Shown here: piece by piece, positions 13,801-25,960 of the stretch
How the letters are laid out: every line of letters starts with the position of its first letter
Numbering within the stretch: position 1 is the first letter of the stretch
DNA from: Bispira polyomma
Lineage: Eukaryota
Assembly (NCBI GenBank): GCA_965649765.1
Contig: OZ287754.1
Span: forward strand, 23,746,001 to 23,810,000
Length of the DNA: 64,000 bases
Reading direction: 5' to 3'
Program-made: the position numbers and the translations under genes
Notes under the pieces: generated by a model
What the model was told of the DNA's origin: nothing
The model's database searches: none
The model's input: the letters and a program-made list of their open reading frames with translations, nothing else

Positions 13801-16736
13801 ATTGAATACACTAATCTACACACTCAATTACAACCGCTTTACCCTTAACTGTATTTATTATACTAAACTACACATTCAACTACTACTGCTTTACCCTAAA
13901 CTGTATTGATTACACCAATCTACACACTGAACTACCACTGCTTTACCCTTAACTGTATTAATTAAACCAACCGATTTAAATATCTAGTTGATGCATTCCT
14001 ATACTTATTTTTTATTATACATAATGTACTCTTCCACAACTATTTACAACCTTGAAATATAATATATGATTACACTAAATCACACACTCAAATACTACTG
14101 CTTTACCCTTAACTGTATTGATTAAACTAATCTACACACTCAACTAATACTGATTTATCCTTAAATATATTGATTACACCAAACTACACACTCAACTACC
14201 ACTGATTCACGTGTAACTGAATTTAATGCACTAATCTACACACTCAACTACCACTGAGTTACCAGTAAGTGTATTTATTACACTAATCTACACACTCAAA
14301 TACCACTGCTTTACCCTTAACTGTATTGATTACACTAAACTACACACTCAAATACCACTGCTTTACCATTAACTGTATTTATTACACTAATCTACACACT
14401 CAACTACCACTGCTTTACAAATTACTGTATTTATTATACTAATCTACACACTCAACTACCACTGCTTTACCCTTAACTGTATTGATTACACTAATCTACA
14501 CACTCAACTACCACTGCTTTACCCTTAACTGTATTGATTACACTAAACTACACAGTTAACTACCACTGCTTTACCCTAAACTGTATTGATTACAATAATA
14601 TACAAACTCAAATACAGCTGCTTTACCATCAACTGTATTCATTACACCAATCTACACACTCAACTACCACTGCTTTACCCTGAACTGTATTGATTACACT
14701 AATCTACACACTCAACTACCAGTGCTTTACCATTAACTGTATTGATTATACCAATCTACACACCTAACTACCACTGTTTTAAACTTAACTGTATTTATTA
14801 CACTAATATACTCATTCAACTAACACTACTTTAGCCTTGCCTGTATTTATTACACTAATCAACAAAGAACTACTCGACCCTTAACTGTATTTATTATACT
14901 AATCTACACACTCAACTACCACTGCTTCCCCCGTAACGGTATTGATTATACTAATCTACACTCAACTACCACTGCTTTAACCTAACTGTATTCAATACAC
15001 TAATCTACACACTCAACTACCACTGCTTTAACCTAACTGTATTCAATACACTAATCTACACACTCAACTACCACTGCTTTACTCTTAACTGTATTTATTA
15101 CACCAATCTACACACTCAACTACCACTGCTTTACCCTGTATTGATTAAACTAACCTATTTAAATATCTAGTTGATACATTCCTATACTTATTTTTATCAC
15201 ACAATGTACTCCTACACAACTACTTCCAACCTTGAAATATACACTCCAATAACTACATTAATCATATATAATGTACCAATGTATTATTTAAATCCTTTCA
15301 ATATACACCTCCATAATTATTTTTGTCACACATAATGTACTAATATAGTACTTTATGAACAGTTCCATATATTATATGTTTTCAATCTGTGGTTATGTAT
15401 GCTTAACTGTATAATACTGTACATACTCAACTACCACTGCTTCACCCTTAACCGTATTGATTACACTAATTTACACATTCAACTACCACTGCTTTACCCT
15501 TAACTGTATTGATTATATTAAACTACACACTCAACTACCACTGCTTAATACAGTTAAGGATACATAACCAGAGAATAAAAATACATATTGGAACTGTTCA
15601 TAAAGTACTATATTAGTACATTATGTATGGTAAAAATAATCATAGGAGTGCATATTGAAAGGATTTAAATAATATTAGTACATTACATATGATTGATGTT
15701 GTTATTGGGGTGTATATTTTAAGGTTGTAAATATTTGTGGAGGAGTACATTATGTATGATAAAAATGAGCATAGGAATGTATCAACTAGATATTTAAATA
15801 GTACTGTACTAGTACAATATTTAGCACATTTATTGCACTTATAGTTGAATGTGTAAATAGTGTTATAAATACGATTGATACTATTACACTAAACTACACA
15901 GTTAACTACCACTGCTTTACCCTAAACTGTATTGATTACAATAATATACAAACTCAAATACAGCTGCTTTACCATCAACTGTATTCATTACACCAATCTA
16001 CACACTCAGCTACTATTGCTTTACCTTCAACTGTATTAATTAAACCAACCGATTTAAATATCTAGTTGATGCATTCCTATACTTATTTTTTATCATACAT
16101 AATGTACTCCTCCACAACTATTTACAACCTTGAAATATAGTATATGATTACACTAAATCACACACTCAACTACAACTGCTTTACCCTTAACTGGATTAAT
16201 TACACTAAACTACACTCAACTACCACTGCTTTACCCTTAACTATATTGATTAAACTAATCTACACACTCAACTAACACTGATTTAGCCTTAAATATATTG
16301 ATTACACTAAACTACACACTCAACTACCACTGCTTTACACTTAACTGTATTTAATACACTAATCTACACACTCAACTAACACTGCTTTACACTTAACTTT
16401 ATCACACTAATCTACACACTCAACTACCACTGCTTTACCCTTAACTGTATTTATTACACTAATCTACACACTCAACTACCACTGCTTTACCCTTAACTGT
16501 ATTGATTACACTAAATCACACACTCACCTACCACTGCTTTACCCTTAACTGTATTGATTACACTAATCTACACACTCAATTACCACTGCTTCACACTTAA
16601 CTGTATTGATTACACTAATCTACACACTCAATTACCACTGCTTCACACTTAACTGTATTGATTACACTAATCTACACACTCAACTACCACTGCTTTACCC
16701 TTAACTGTATTGATTACACTAATCTACACACTCAAC

Positions 16737-16986
16737 TTGAATTTGGATATTTAACGTCCACTCTAGTACCTTTTAGTAGGTTATACTGGGACGGGTATTT
16801 GGAAATGCTGGAGGAAACACTGCATACAGTTGATCAAGGTTCTGCACTGAAACCAGCGGCCCACAGTAAGGAACTACAACCTTTCCCACATAGGTATCGA
16901 CGGGATTCGAACTCACACCGCTCAGAGGTGAGAGACCAGTGATTGTGAAGCGCAATGCTTGCTAACCACTAGGCCACCGTGGCCCC
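16737..16986 (-). mobile_element. tRNA-derived SINE, family A, full length, inserted in the satellite
   Basis: A box (TGGCCTAGTGG) and B box (GTTCGAATCCC) on the minus strand; approximate TSD acacactcaact/actcactcaact. Confidence 0.9.
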
Positions 16987-17214
16987 ACTCACTCAACTAC
17001 CACTGCTTTAACCTTAACTGTATTTATTACACTAATATACACACTCAACTAACATTGCTTTACCTGTAACTGTATTAAATACACTAATATACACATTTGA
17101 GTACCACTGCTTCACCCTTAACTGTATTGATTAAACTAATCTACACACACAACTAACACTAATTTAGCCTTAAATATATTGATTACACCAAACAACACAC
17201 TCAACTACCACTGA

Positions 17215-17356
17215 TTCTTTACTGTGGGCCGCTGGTTTCAGTGCAGAACCTTGATCAACTGTATGTAATGTTTCCTCTAGCGTTTCCAACTACCCGTCCC
17301 AATATAACCTTAAACAGGTACTAGAGTGGACGTTAAATATCCAAATTCTAATTCTA
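17215..17356 (+). mobile_element. SINE family A, 5'-truncated copy
   Basis: 3' half of the element, ending ...gacgttaaatatccaaattctaattct. Confidence 0.85.
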
Positions 17357-17931
17357 AAACCACTGCTTTACCCTTAACTGTATTTATTACACTAATCAAC
17401 ACCCTCAACTATCACTGCTTTACCTGTAAGTGTATTGAATACACTAATCTACAAACTTAATTACAACTGCTTTACTCTTAAATGTATTTATTACACTAAT
17501 CTACACACTCAACTACCACTGATTTACTAGTAAGTGTATTGATTACACTAATCTACACACTCAACTAACACTGATTTAGCCTTAAATATATTGATTACAC
17601 CAAACTTCACACTCAACTACCACTGCTTTACCTGTAAGTGTATTGAATACACTAATCTACACACTTAATTACAACTGCTTTACTCTTAAATGTATTTATT
17701 ACACTAATCTACACATTCAACTACCACTGCTCTACTCAATACTGTATTTATTATACTAAACTACACACTCAAATTCCATTGTTTTACCTTTAACTCTGTT
17801 GATTACAATAATTTACACACTCAAATACCACTGCTTTACCCTAAACTGTATTGATTACACTAATCTACACACTCAACTACCACTACTTTACCCTTAACTG
17901 TATTCACTACACCAATCTACACACTCAACTA

Positions 17932-18190
17932 GGGGCCGTGGTGGCCTAGTGGTTAGCAAGCACTGTGCTTCACAATCACTGGTCTCTCACCTCTGGGCGG
18001 CGTGAGTCCGAATCCCGTCGATGCCTTTGTGGGAAAGGTGGTAGTTCCTTACTGTGGGCCGCTGGTTTCAGTGCAGAACCTTGATCAACTGTATGTAATG
18101 TTTCCTCCAGCGTTTCCAACTACCCGTTCCAATATAACCTAAACAGGTACTAGAGTGGACGTTAAATATCCGAATTCAAATTCAAAATTC
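17932..18190 (+). mobile_element. tRNA-derived SINE, family A, full length (3' body resembles Meta-domain SINEs)
   Basis: ggggccgtggtggcctagtggttag head, gtccgaatccc B box, gtttcctcc...atataacct...gtggacgttaaa body, (aattca)n tail. Confidence 0.9.
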
Positions 18191-18494
18191 TTTGTGTGTG
18201 CTGTGTGTCCCACTAATCTACACAATTAACTACCAGCGGGTCATATCGACGAAAGGTCTTGGTCTAAACTTAGTGAAAAGTTTAAGATTTTGGACTTTGT
18301 TACTGGGATGAAGACCAAAATCTTGACCTTTGCGGCAAAAATCAGTGACAAAATATCTTTCTTTGTGATAACTTTGCCCTTTACACCAAGGCTAGCAGTA
18401 AGCTGTCTTAAATATTTTAGACTTAAATGTTAAGCTGAAGACGGAGTTAAGACTAACACCTTTTTATGAATATGGCACCAGTGTTTCTTTTCTT

Positions 18495-18830
18495 AGCCTG
18501 GGCTTCCTTTCAGCATTCACCGACGTCAGCTGATTTATTAAAATCTGAGCCGATACAACGTTGACTGATGTAGAGCTTCCTTTCATCAGATATGTTGTAA
18601 ATATTTCATCATATAATTTTTTTTTCTCAATTTTTGTTTAAGAATCAGACCGACCTCCAAATTTTTTCCCTCCATGACCGATAAGGTATGTTGGGGCAAC
18701 AGACATCAGCCGACGTCTGATATGATCTGCTGCAAATATGATAAAAGGAAGCACTTGGTTATATTATGTAATGACTGACAAAATTGGCTGACGTCAGCCG
18801 AAAAAAAGATGCTGAAAGGAAGCCCAGGCT
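18495..18830. mobile_element. MITE with perfect 22-bp TIRs (possibly PIF/Harbinger-like)
   Basis: agcctgggcttcctttcagcat ... atgctgaaaggaagcccaggct, plus imperfect internal inverted symmetry. Confidence 0.8.
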
Positions 18831-18963
18831 TTGATAAGCTTTAGCACATTCTGAACATATTACTATAACTGCTTTTTTCTCTTGCACAACCTGCAGGGTA
18901 GTATTCACCTTCACAGCACCAAGATACCTAAAATGATAAGAAATATTATCACTTGTATATTAT

Positions 18964-19987
18964 AACTAGACCTAGCACATTAGAGAAGCGATGCATATTT
19001 GTATCCACCAAAAAGACAAAGCACCCTCGGTAGCAAGCACTCTAGCTAGCACCCAAGCTAGAAGCCTATAATTTCCTATAGGGCATTTATGCTAAGGCCT
19101 TAAATAGCACAAATGGGTTTGACATTGCAAATCTGTGGGACCAATAGTAAGTCTGTGATAGGGACTTTAAAGTTTGGCCTACTCGTTTGACCTTGCATGA
19201 GGGATCCAAGGTTAAATGTGACCAAAAGATTATCAGCCCATGTTTCCTGTAAGTTGGTTTCACATCCAAAACCTCTATGACCATAATTTCCTTAGCTTGG
19301 TTTGTATTCCAATTCTCTAGGACCAATAATAAACGAGTTATAAGCATTTTTAAATTTAGCTACCATTATTTGACTTTTAAGGAGGGGCCCAAGGTCAAAC
19401 CTGACTAACTCAGAAGATTCCCAGCCCATGATTTCCTATAGGTTGGTTTAACATCCCAAAACTGTAGGACCAATAATAAGCCAGTTATAAGCACTTTTAA
19501 ATTTGGCTACCCTCATCTGACCTTGAAGGAGGGGCCCAAGGTCAAACCTGACCACATCAGAAAATTCCCAGCCCATGATTTCCTATAGATTGGCTTCACA
19601 TGCCAAACCTCTAGGACCAATAATAAGAGAGATATAGGCACTTTTAAAGTCTGCTACGTGGAGTAGTTTGGCACTCCGTGGATGACCTTGAATGAAGAGC
19701 TTCAAGGTCAACTGTCTGCATGTTTGTAGAGGATATATACATCTGTTACACATATCACCTATGAAGAGATTCAACCTTCTAGTTATGAGAACCAGCCAGT
19801 AGAAAAAGGTAGATAATTTTCAAAGAAATGCCCATGGCGGCCATCTTGTTTTTCAGAATGAGGCTAATTTCAGTCGCAGCGATGCTTACGTCCCAATGAA
19901 GATATCCTGCAACTTTGGTTAAGCTAGCTGGTCTAGTTTTTCGCTGAGACTGTTAACAACAAAAATCTCTGCGGCGGCAGAGATATT
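18964..19987 (-). mobile_element. Helentron/HINE-like non-autonomous element with internal ~120-bp tandem repeats
   Basis: Minus-strand 3' end is a hairpin followed by CTAGT; internal ttgaccttg...aaggtcaaa repeats; second copy at 43778-44660. Confidence 0.6.
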
Positions 19988-22900
19988 TCTATATTTATAA
20001 TACATGACTAAGTATCAATGGCATATCAGGACCAAAGAAACGCAAAAATTCAAGATGGCCGTCAAAAGTTCACACATCAGCCCTATATGGGTCAAAAATT
20101 AGCTCGAAATCACTCTATCTAACACCGTGTCCGAGATAACAGACATTACTCGACAACATAGGGGCCAACAGGTTCAGAACATATCAGTCTGGATGAATGA
20201 GTTTATCAGTTTGAAGGTTTGAATAACAAAAGTTTGGATAATACAGGTTTTATACAAAGTGTAAATTTGAAGGTTTGGATAACAGAAGTTTATATAATAA
20301 GAGGTTCTACCATATTACCTTTTTGAGGCTGGTACTAGCACCATCCAGGCTTCTATTGCAGTTCGCACAATCACGAGTCACATATGAAAAGATAAAAAAG
20401 AACTCGTATACTTAGCTAAAATACACTCACAACTGTTTCTATGTACCAAAGTCCAGTCCATTCCAATTTTCGGTCACAATTTTCAATGTCACAATTAAGA
20501 TACTTTACACATGAAAATGACAATGCAAAACAATTCAAATCTTTGTAATAGAAAGAGTTAATATAAATATGCATAATTTGGTGATGAGAGATACATGCTC
20601 TCAAATGTTTTAAATTGCCAGGATATAAAACAGATGCACAACTTTATAATAGATTGGAAAGTGGTACTACCATCATACTGTTTTTTAAAACTTGGAATTA
20701 TAGTGAAAACAACCCAATAATTTACATTATTAAATCTTATCTGCCAACAAAGTTTGTCAACTGAAAGGAGGTTCATCAAATTGAAGAGACAGACTGGATA
20801 ATAGAAGTTGTACTTATAAAATTGTAACTTTAAAAGAAAAAGTTTGTCACTATCACATGCAGTTAAGTCAACCATACAGAAACCTGATTATGTAACCACC
20901 TTAACATTACTCAGCAGTGGATTTTCTAAGAACTCATCTTCAGTCCTGGTATCAGCTAACCCTTAATTTAAAAACTAGCAGTGGATTTCTATACAGTTTA
21001 GGATCACAACCTTAAACTTATCTTATCTTGAACTAATTCCTTAATTGCCATCTTATCTAGCAGTGGCTTTCTTGGTCTTTTTTTGCTCTGACGTGTACAA
21101 ATGTCAACAACTATAGTACTAAGATACATTTAACCTTAAACAAATAAAGAATCGACAAGAAATATCTACTTATCCAGTAAATTATGTATCATTTCTTTAT
21201 GAACAAACTTAATCTGCCAAGTTGGCTGGATCAAAGTTAATCCATAATTTGATAAAAAGAATACAGATCAAATTTTTTGTGAATACCAACCTGCGCAGAT
21301 TTCAAAAACATTTATCTTTGTTTATCAAATTTAATCTGATTTTGAATACTTCTGGCGTTCAATAATGGCATCTCATAGAATTTTTTAAACAGGGAAGTCT
21401 GCTTTACTAGCAATTTCCTATTGCAAGGAACTAAAAGTAAAATCATTTTTTTACGGTGTCTGCTTGCCAAAAGACATAGGCTCTGGGGGTAATAACTGCT
21501 GTTGACTGCTACATGAGGCCAGCCTTAATGTATTAATGTAAATGTGAAGTGAAGTAGCTTTCTAGCCATAACAAGACACACTTATTTCTATATTTATAAT
21601 ACATGATCAAATATCAATGGTATATCAGGACCAAAGAAATGCAGAAATTCAAGATGGCCGCCAAAATCGAAAATTACTTGAAAAGTTCACATCTAGTTTA
21701 TGAGAACCAGCCAGTAGAAAAAGGTAGATAATTTTCAAAGAAATGCCCATGGCGGCCATCTTGTTTTTCAGAATGAGGCTAATTTCAGTCGCAGCGATGC
21801 TTACGTCCCAATGAAAATATCCTGCAACTTTGGTTAAGCTAGCTGGTCTAGTTTTCCGCTGAGACTGTTAACAACAAAAATCTCTGCGGCGGCAGACATA
21901 TTTCTATATTTATAATACATGACTAAGTATCAATGGCATATCAGGACCAAAGAAACGCAAAAATTCAAGATGGCCGTCAAAAGTTCACACATCAGCCCTA
22001 TGAGTCAAAAATTAGCTCGAAATTGCTCTATCCAGCACCGTTTCCGAAAAAACGGATATTACTCGACAACATAGGGGTCAACAGGTTCAGAACATATCAG
22101 TCTAGACAAATGAGTTATCAGTTTGAAGGTTTGAATACCAAAAGTTTGAATAATAGAGGTTTTATACAAAGTGTAAATTTGAAGGTTTGGATAACAGAAG
22201 TTTACATAATAGAGGTTCTACCATATTGCCTTTTTGGGGCTGGTACGAGCACCATCCAGGCTTCCATTGCAGTTTGCACAAGCACGGGTCATACATAAAA
22301 AAATAAAAAAGAACTCATATACTTAAAACATTGGCTAAAATACATTGATATAGGTGTCTATGTACCAAAGTCCAGTCTATTCCACTATTCGGTCACAATT
22401 TTTAATGTCACAATTAAGATGCTTTACACATGAAAATGACAACACAAAACTTCAAATCTTTGAAATAGAAATGGGAGTTAATATAAATATGCACAATTTG
22501 GTGATAAATTGCTCTCAAATGTTTTTAACTGCTATGATATAAAACAGATACACAACTTTATAATATATTGGAAAGGGGTACCACCATCATAGTGCTTTTT
22601 AAAATTTGGAATTATAGTGAAAACAGCCCAGTAATTTACATTATTAAATCTCATCTGTCAACAAAGTTTGTCAACTGAAGAAGGTTTTATCAAATTGAAG
22701 AGACAGACTGGATGATAGAAGTTATACTTACAAAATTGGAACTTGAAAAGAAAAAGTCTCACTATCACATGCAGTTAAGTCAACCATATATCAACCTTAT
22801 TATGTAACCACCTTAACTTATACTAAGCAGTGGATTTTCTAAGAATTCATCTTCAGTCCTGGTATCAGCTAACCCTTAATTTAAAAACTAGCAGTGGATT

Positions 22901-23192
22901 TCTATACAGTTCAGGAGCATAACCTTAAACTTATCTTGAACTAATTCCTTAATTGCTATCTTATCTAGCAGTGGCTTTCTTGGTCTCTACACAAACCTAG
23001 ACCATATGGTCGACTTTCACTGCATGTCACAGCTAAACTTTAAGTTCACTTACAATTTCGTTTTTTGTTTTAGTCTTTGTTTATTTGCTCTGACATGTAC
23101 AAAGGTCAACAATTATAGTACTAAGATACATTGAACCTTAAACAAATAAAGAATCGAAAAGAAATATCTACTTATCCAGTAAATCGTGTATC
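19777..23192. repeat. Tandem segmental duplication of ~1.4 kb (19777-21190 vs 21692-23192)
   Basis: Collinear near-identical sequence from tctagtt(t)atgagaaccagccagtag to acttatccagtaaat; partial third copy at ~21584-21690. Confidence 0.9.
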
Positions 23193-24429
23193 TTTCTGAA
23201 CTTGTTCCATTTTCATAACCTGACAAAGTTTGATGTTCATAACTTAATTTTTTATTTGAACGTTCATTTATAAACATATCATGTGGGTTGTTTTCATCTT
23301 TTCATGAACCCCTTCTATTATCCAGTCAATAGCTTAACTTTCTAAGATGTTTGAGAAAATAAATTTAACAATAAAAAGGTACTTCCCGTTGATTTGTTTC
23401 ATCACGTGTAGAAAATGTGTTTGATGGGAACCTTCTATTATCCAAACACAATCTTACTCCCCATAAATGTTCAGATAATAGAATTAAAATTTAATTCAAA
23501 TTTAGTCAGGTTTTCTTATGTTTGTTTTCAATATGTTAAGTTCATGTCCAGTTGTTGGCATGGACACATAATCTAAGTGTACCTGGCTAGGATCATAAAA
23601 TAGCTACCGATACTTAGGGAATACTTGACTTAACAAGAGATATTTTCCAACTATTTCAATGATTGACATGAACAAAGAGTTCTAGATTGTGGTACATTAG
23701 AAAATAGATCTGTAGTTTGACAAACCTTCTGTTATCCAAATGAAATCTTTTGCTCTCTCAACGGGACCATCTCCAATGATTTTCCTCAACCATTGGACAG
23801 TCTAAAATAAATAGAATGTTACAGATCACTAGTAGTCTACTACTTTTATTAAAGGAAGATCTATTGGCTTAAAACTCGTTTTACTGATCAACAAATTATG
23901 ACAAATGATGAAATAAATAGTAAATTTCAGATGGAACCTGTTATCCAAACTTTTATTATCCAAATATCTTTATCAAACTTTTACTTCACAAATATGCATG
24001 TTTTCCACTTGTTGATGTAACCAAAATGCCTCTTTGCTCATATTTTATAAACCTTCTACTACCAAAATAAAATACAATATGAGGTTCTACTCCATACCTT
24101 TTGCAACTGGTTCCATCCTCGGAGTTTCTATTCCAGTTCTCACAATCATATGCATGTATGAAAAAATAGATAATAAAAAATAAACAAAAGCTTCTATTAA
24201 AACATACAAATACATGTACAAATCTAATCGTTCAAATATCTGTATTGTTTTGTTTTAGTATTTTAAATAACAAAAACACAATAAAAATAAAACTAAAAAA
24301 AATTTCCATTGAAAAAAGTTGTCAAATTCCTGGTATATTATTCTAATATATTCAGACTTAAAACAACCACTATGAAAAGTGTAGGAAATAATAGCATGGC
24401 CAGAGAATAGTTTTAAACCATTATGTAAC

Positions 24430-24630
24430 CTAGTGGTTAACACATTCGCTAAGGAACACAGAGGACCTGGGTTCAATCCCGGCCCTAGAGTGACCAGGTA
24501 CAGGCAGATACATAGTGGCTCGGATTGACCACTTAAATTGGCGGTCCTATTCCCAATGGCAGGATCAAAGATCATGGGCATGTTCACAAATGGTGTCATT
24601 ATCCCCAAGCTATATCTCTTCAGTAAGGGG
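24430..24630 (+). mobile_element. Older tRNA-derived SINE (separate family; relatives at ~56045-56285, ~1870-1960, ~59250-59360)
   Basis: ctagtggttaa A-box-like and gggttcaatccc B box; shared tgaccacttaaa..gg.ggtcc...tctcttcagt body. Confidence 0.55.
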
Positions 24631-25149
24631 AATGGTAGTTAACTAATGCTGATACAATGTTTGCGGTTAAAAACAATGTTAATTAGCACACTTTGTCAAC
24701 TAGATAAAGGTACAATTATATAATGTACTGAGTATATAGATATGTATACAGCAATACCATACAGTTATTTTATTATATGACTTTAACTCTTTTGCAACCG
24801 AGGGAGCAGTATTTCCCTGTACCAAAGGAAATTCAAGGTACAGCTAGTCACTAAAACACACAACTGATGACTTTCACATTTCATGTATATTTTGTTTAAA
24901 CATAGAATTCAGCAGTAGTCACAAGTTGTAAATTGGCTGTACTGAAATGAAAGAAAATTAATAATATGGGGTTATCGACTGCTTGCCCATTGACATCGTA
25001 CCTGTTAATAAGACAAACTTTTATTCAATGGGGAAAATTTGGATTTGCATAATACTGCAAAAAGAATAAAAACCAAAAACATATTACCAAAATGCTTAAA
25101 ACTTGTCCCTATGGCCATCTAGATAATAACTTGGATCAACTAATTGGAT

Positions 25150-25960
25150 AGGGTGGAGGGGGTTGTGGGTAGGGGAAGAGGGATATGGGACAAGGGACAG
25201 GGAAGGGGGGGATGAGGTTTGGGTAGGGATGGGGACAGGGGGGGATGGGAACAGGGACAGGGGTGGGGATGGGTTTTAGGTGGGGATGGGGACAGGGGTT
25301 GGAATAGGGTTTGAGTGGGGATAGGGACAGGGGAGGGGACGGGGTTTGGGTGGGGATGGGTACAGGGGAGGGGATGGGGTTTGGATGAGGATAGGGACAA
25401 GGGTGGGGATGGGGTTTGTGTGGGGATGGGGTTTGGGTGAGGATGGGGACAAGGGAGGGGATGGGAACCGAGGTGTGGATGGGGACAGGGGAGGGGATGG
25501 GGTTTGAGTGGGGATGGGGTTTGGGTGGGGATGGGTCAGGGGAGGGGATGGGGATAGGGGTGGGGATAGGGATAGGGGTGGGGATGAGGACTGGGGAGGG
25601 AATGGGGTTTGGGTGGGGATGGGGACAATGGAGGGGATGGGGTTTGGGTAGGGATGGGGGATAGGGGATGGGGACAGGGGAGGGGATGTGGTTTGGGTGG
25701 CGATGGGGACAAGGGAGGGGATGGGGTTTGGGTAGGGATGGGGGTTGGGCGGGGATGGGGACATGGGAGGGGATGGGATTTGGGTAGGGATGGGGACAAG
25801 GGAGGGGATGGGGGTTGGGCAGGGATGGGGGCAGGGGAGGGGATGGGGGTTGGGCGGGGATGGGACCAGGGGAGGGGATGGGGGTTTGAGTGGGGATGGG
25901 GCTAGGGTGGCCGAGTGAGGGGGGAGGGGGATAGGGAGGGGATTGGGTCTTGAGGGGGTT
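25150..25960 (+). repeat. G-rich minisatellite/low-complexity tract (GGGGAT/GGGGAC/GGGTTT units) with G-quadruplex potential
   Basis: About 800 bp of G3-G5 runs separated by 1-3 nt loops. Confidence 0.9.

Larger units (their letters stand above)
8771..17931. repeat. 52-bp satellite array with interspersed ~250-bp modules in both orientations and SINE insertions
   Basis: Unit caactaccactgctttacccttaactgtattgattacactaatctacacact, period 52 (e.g. 16421 to 16473); higher-order duplication of ~10268-11260 at ~14731-15900. Confidence 0.95.

Noticed and set aside
8771-17931. CRISPR-like or coding interpretation of the 52-bp array (ORFs 12008, 13478, 16658)
   Set aside because: Contiguous degenerate units with no unique spacers, no cas genes and a eukaryotic context; the ORFs are repeat translations.
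17932-18020. tRNA genes at SINE heads
   Set aside because: A/B boxes are present but embedded in ~250-bp dispersed elements with tails and TSDs; no complete cloverleaf.
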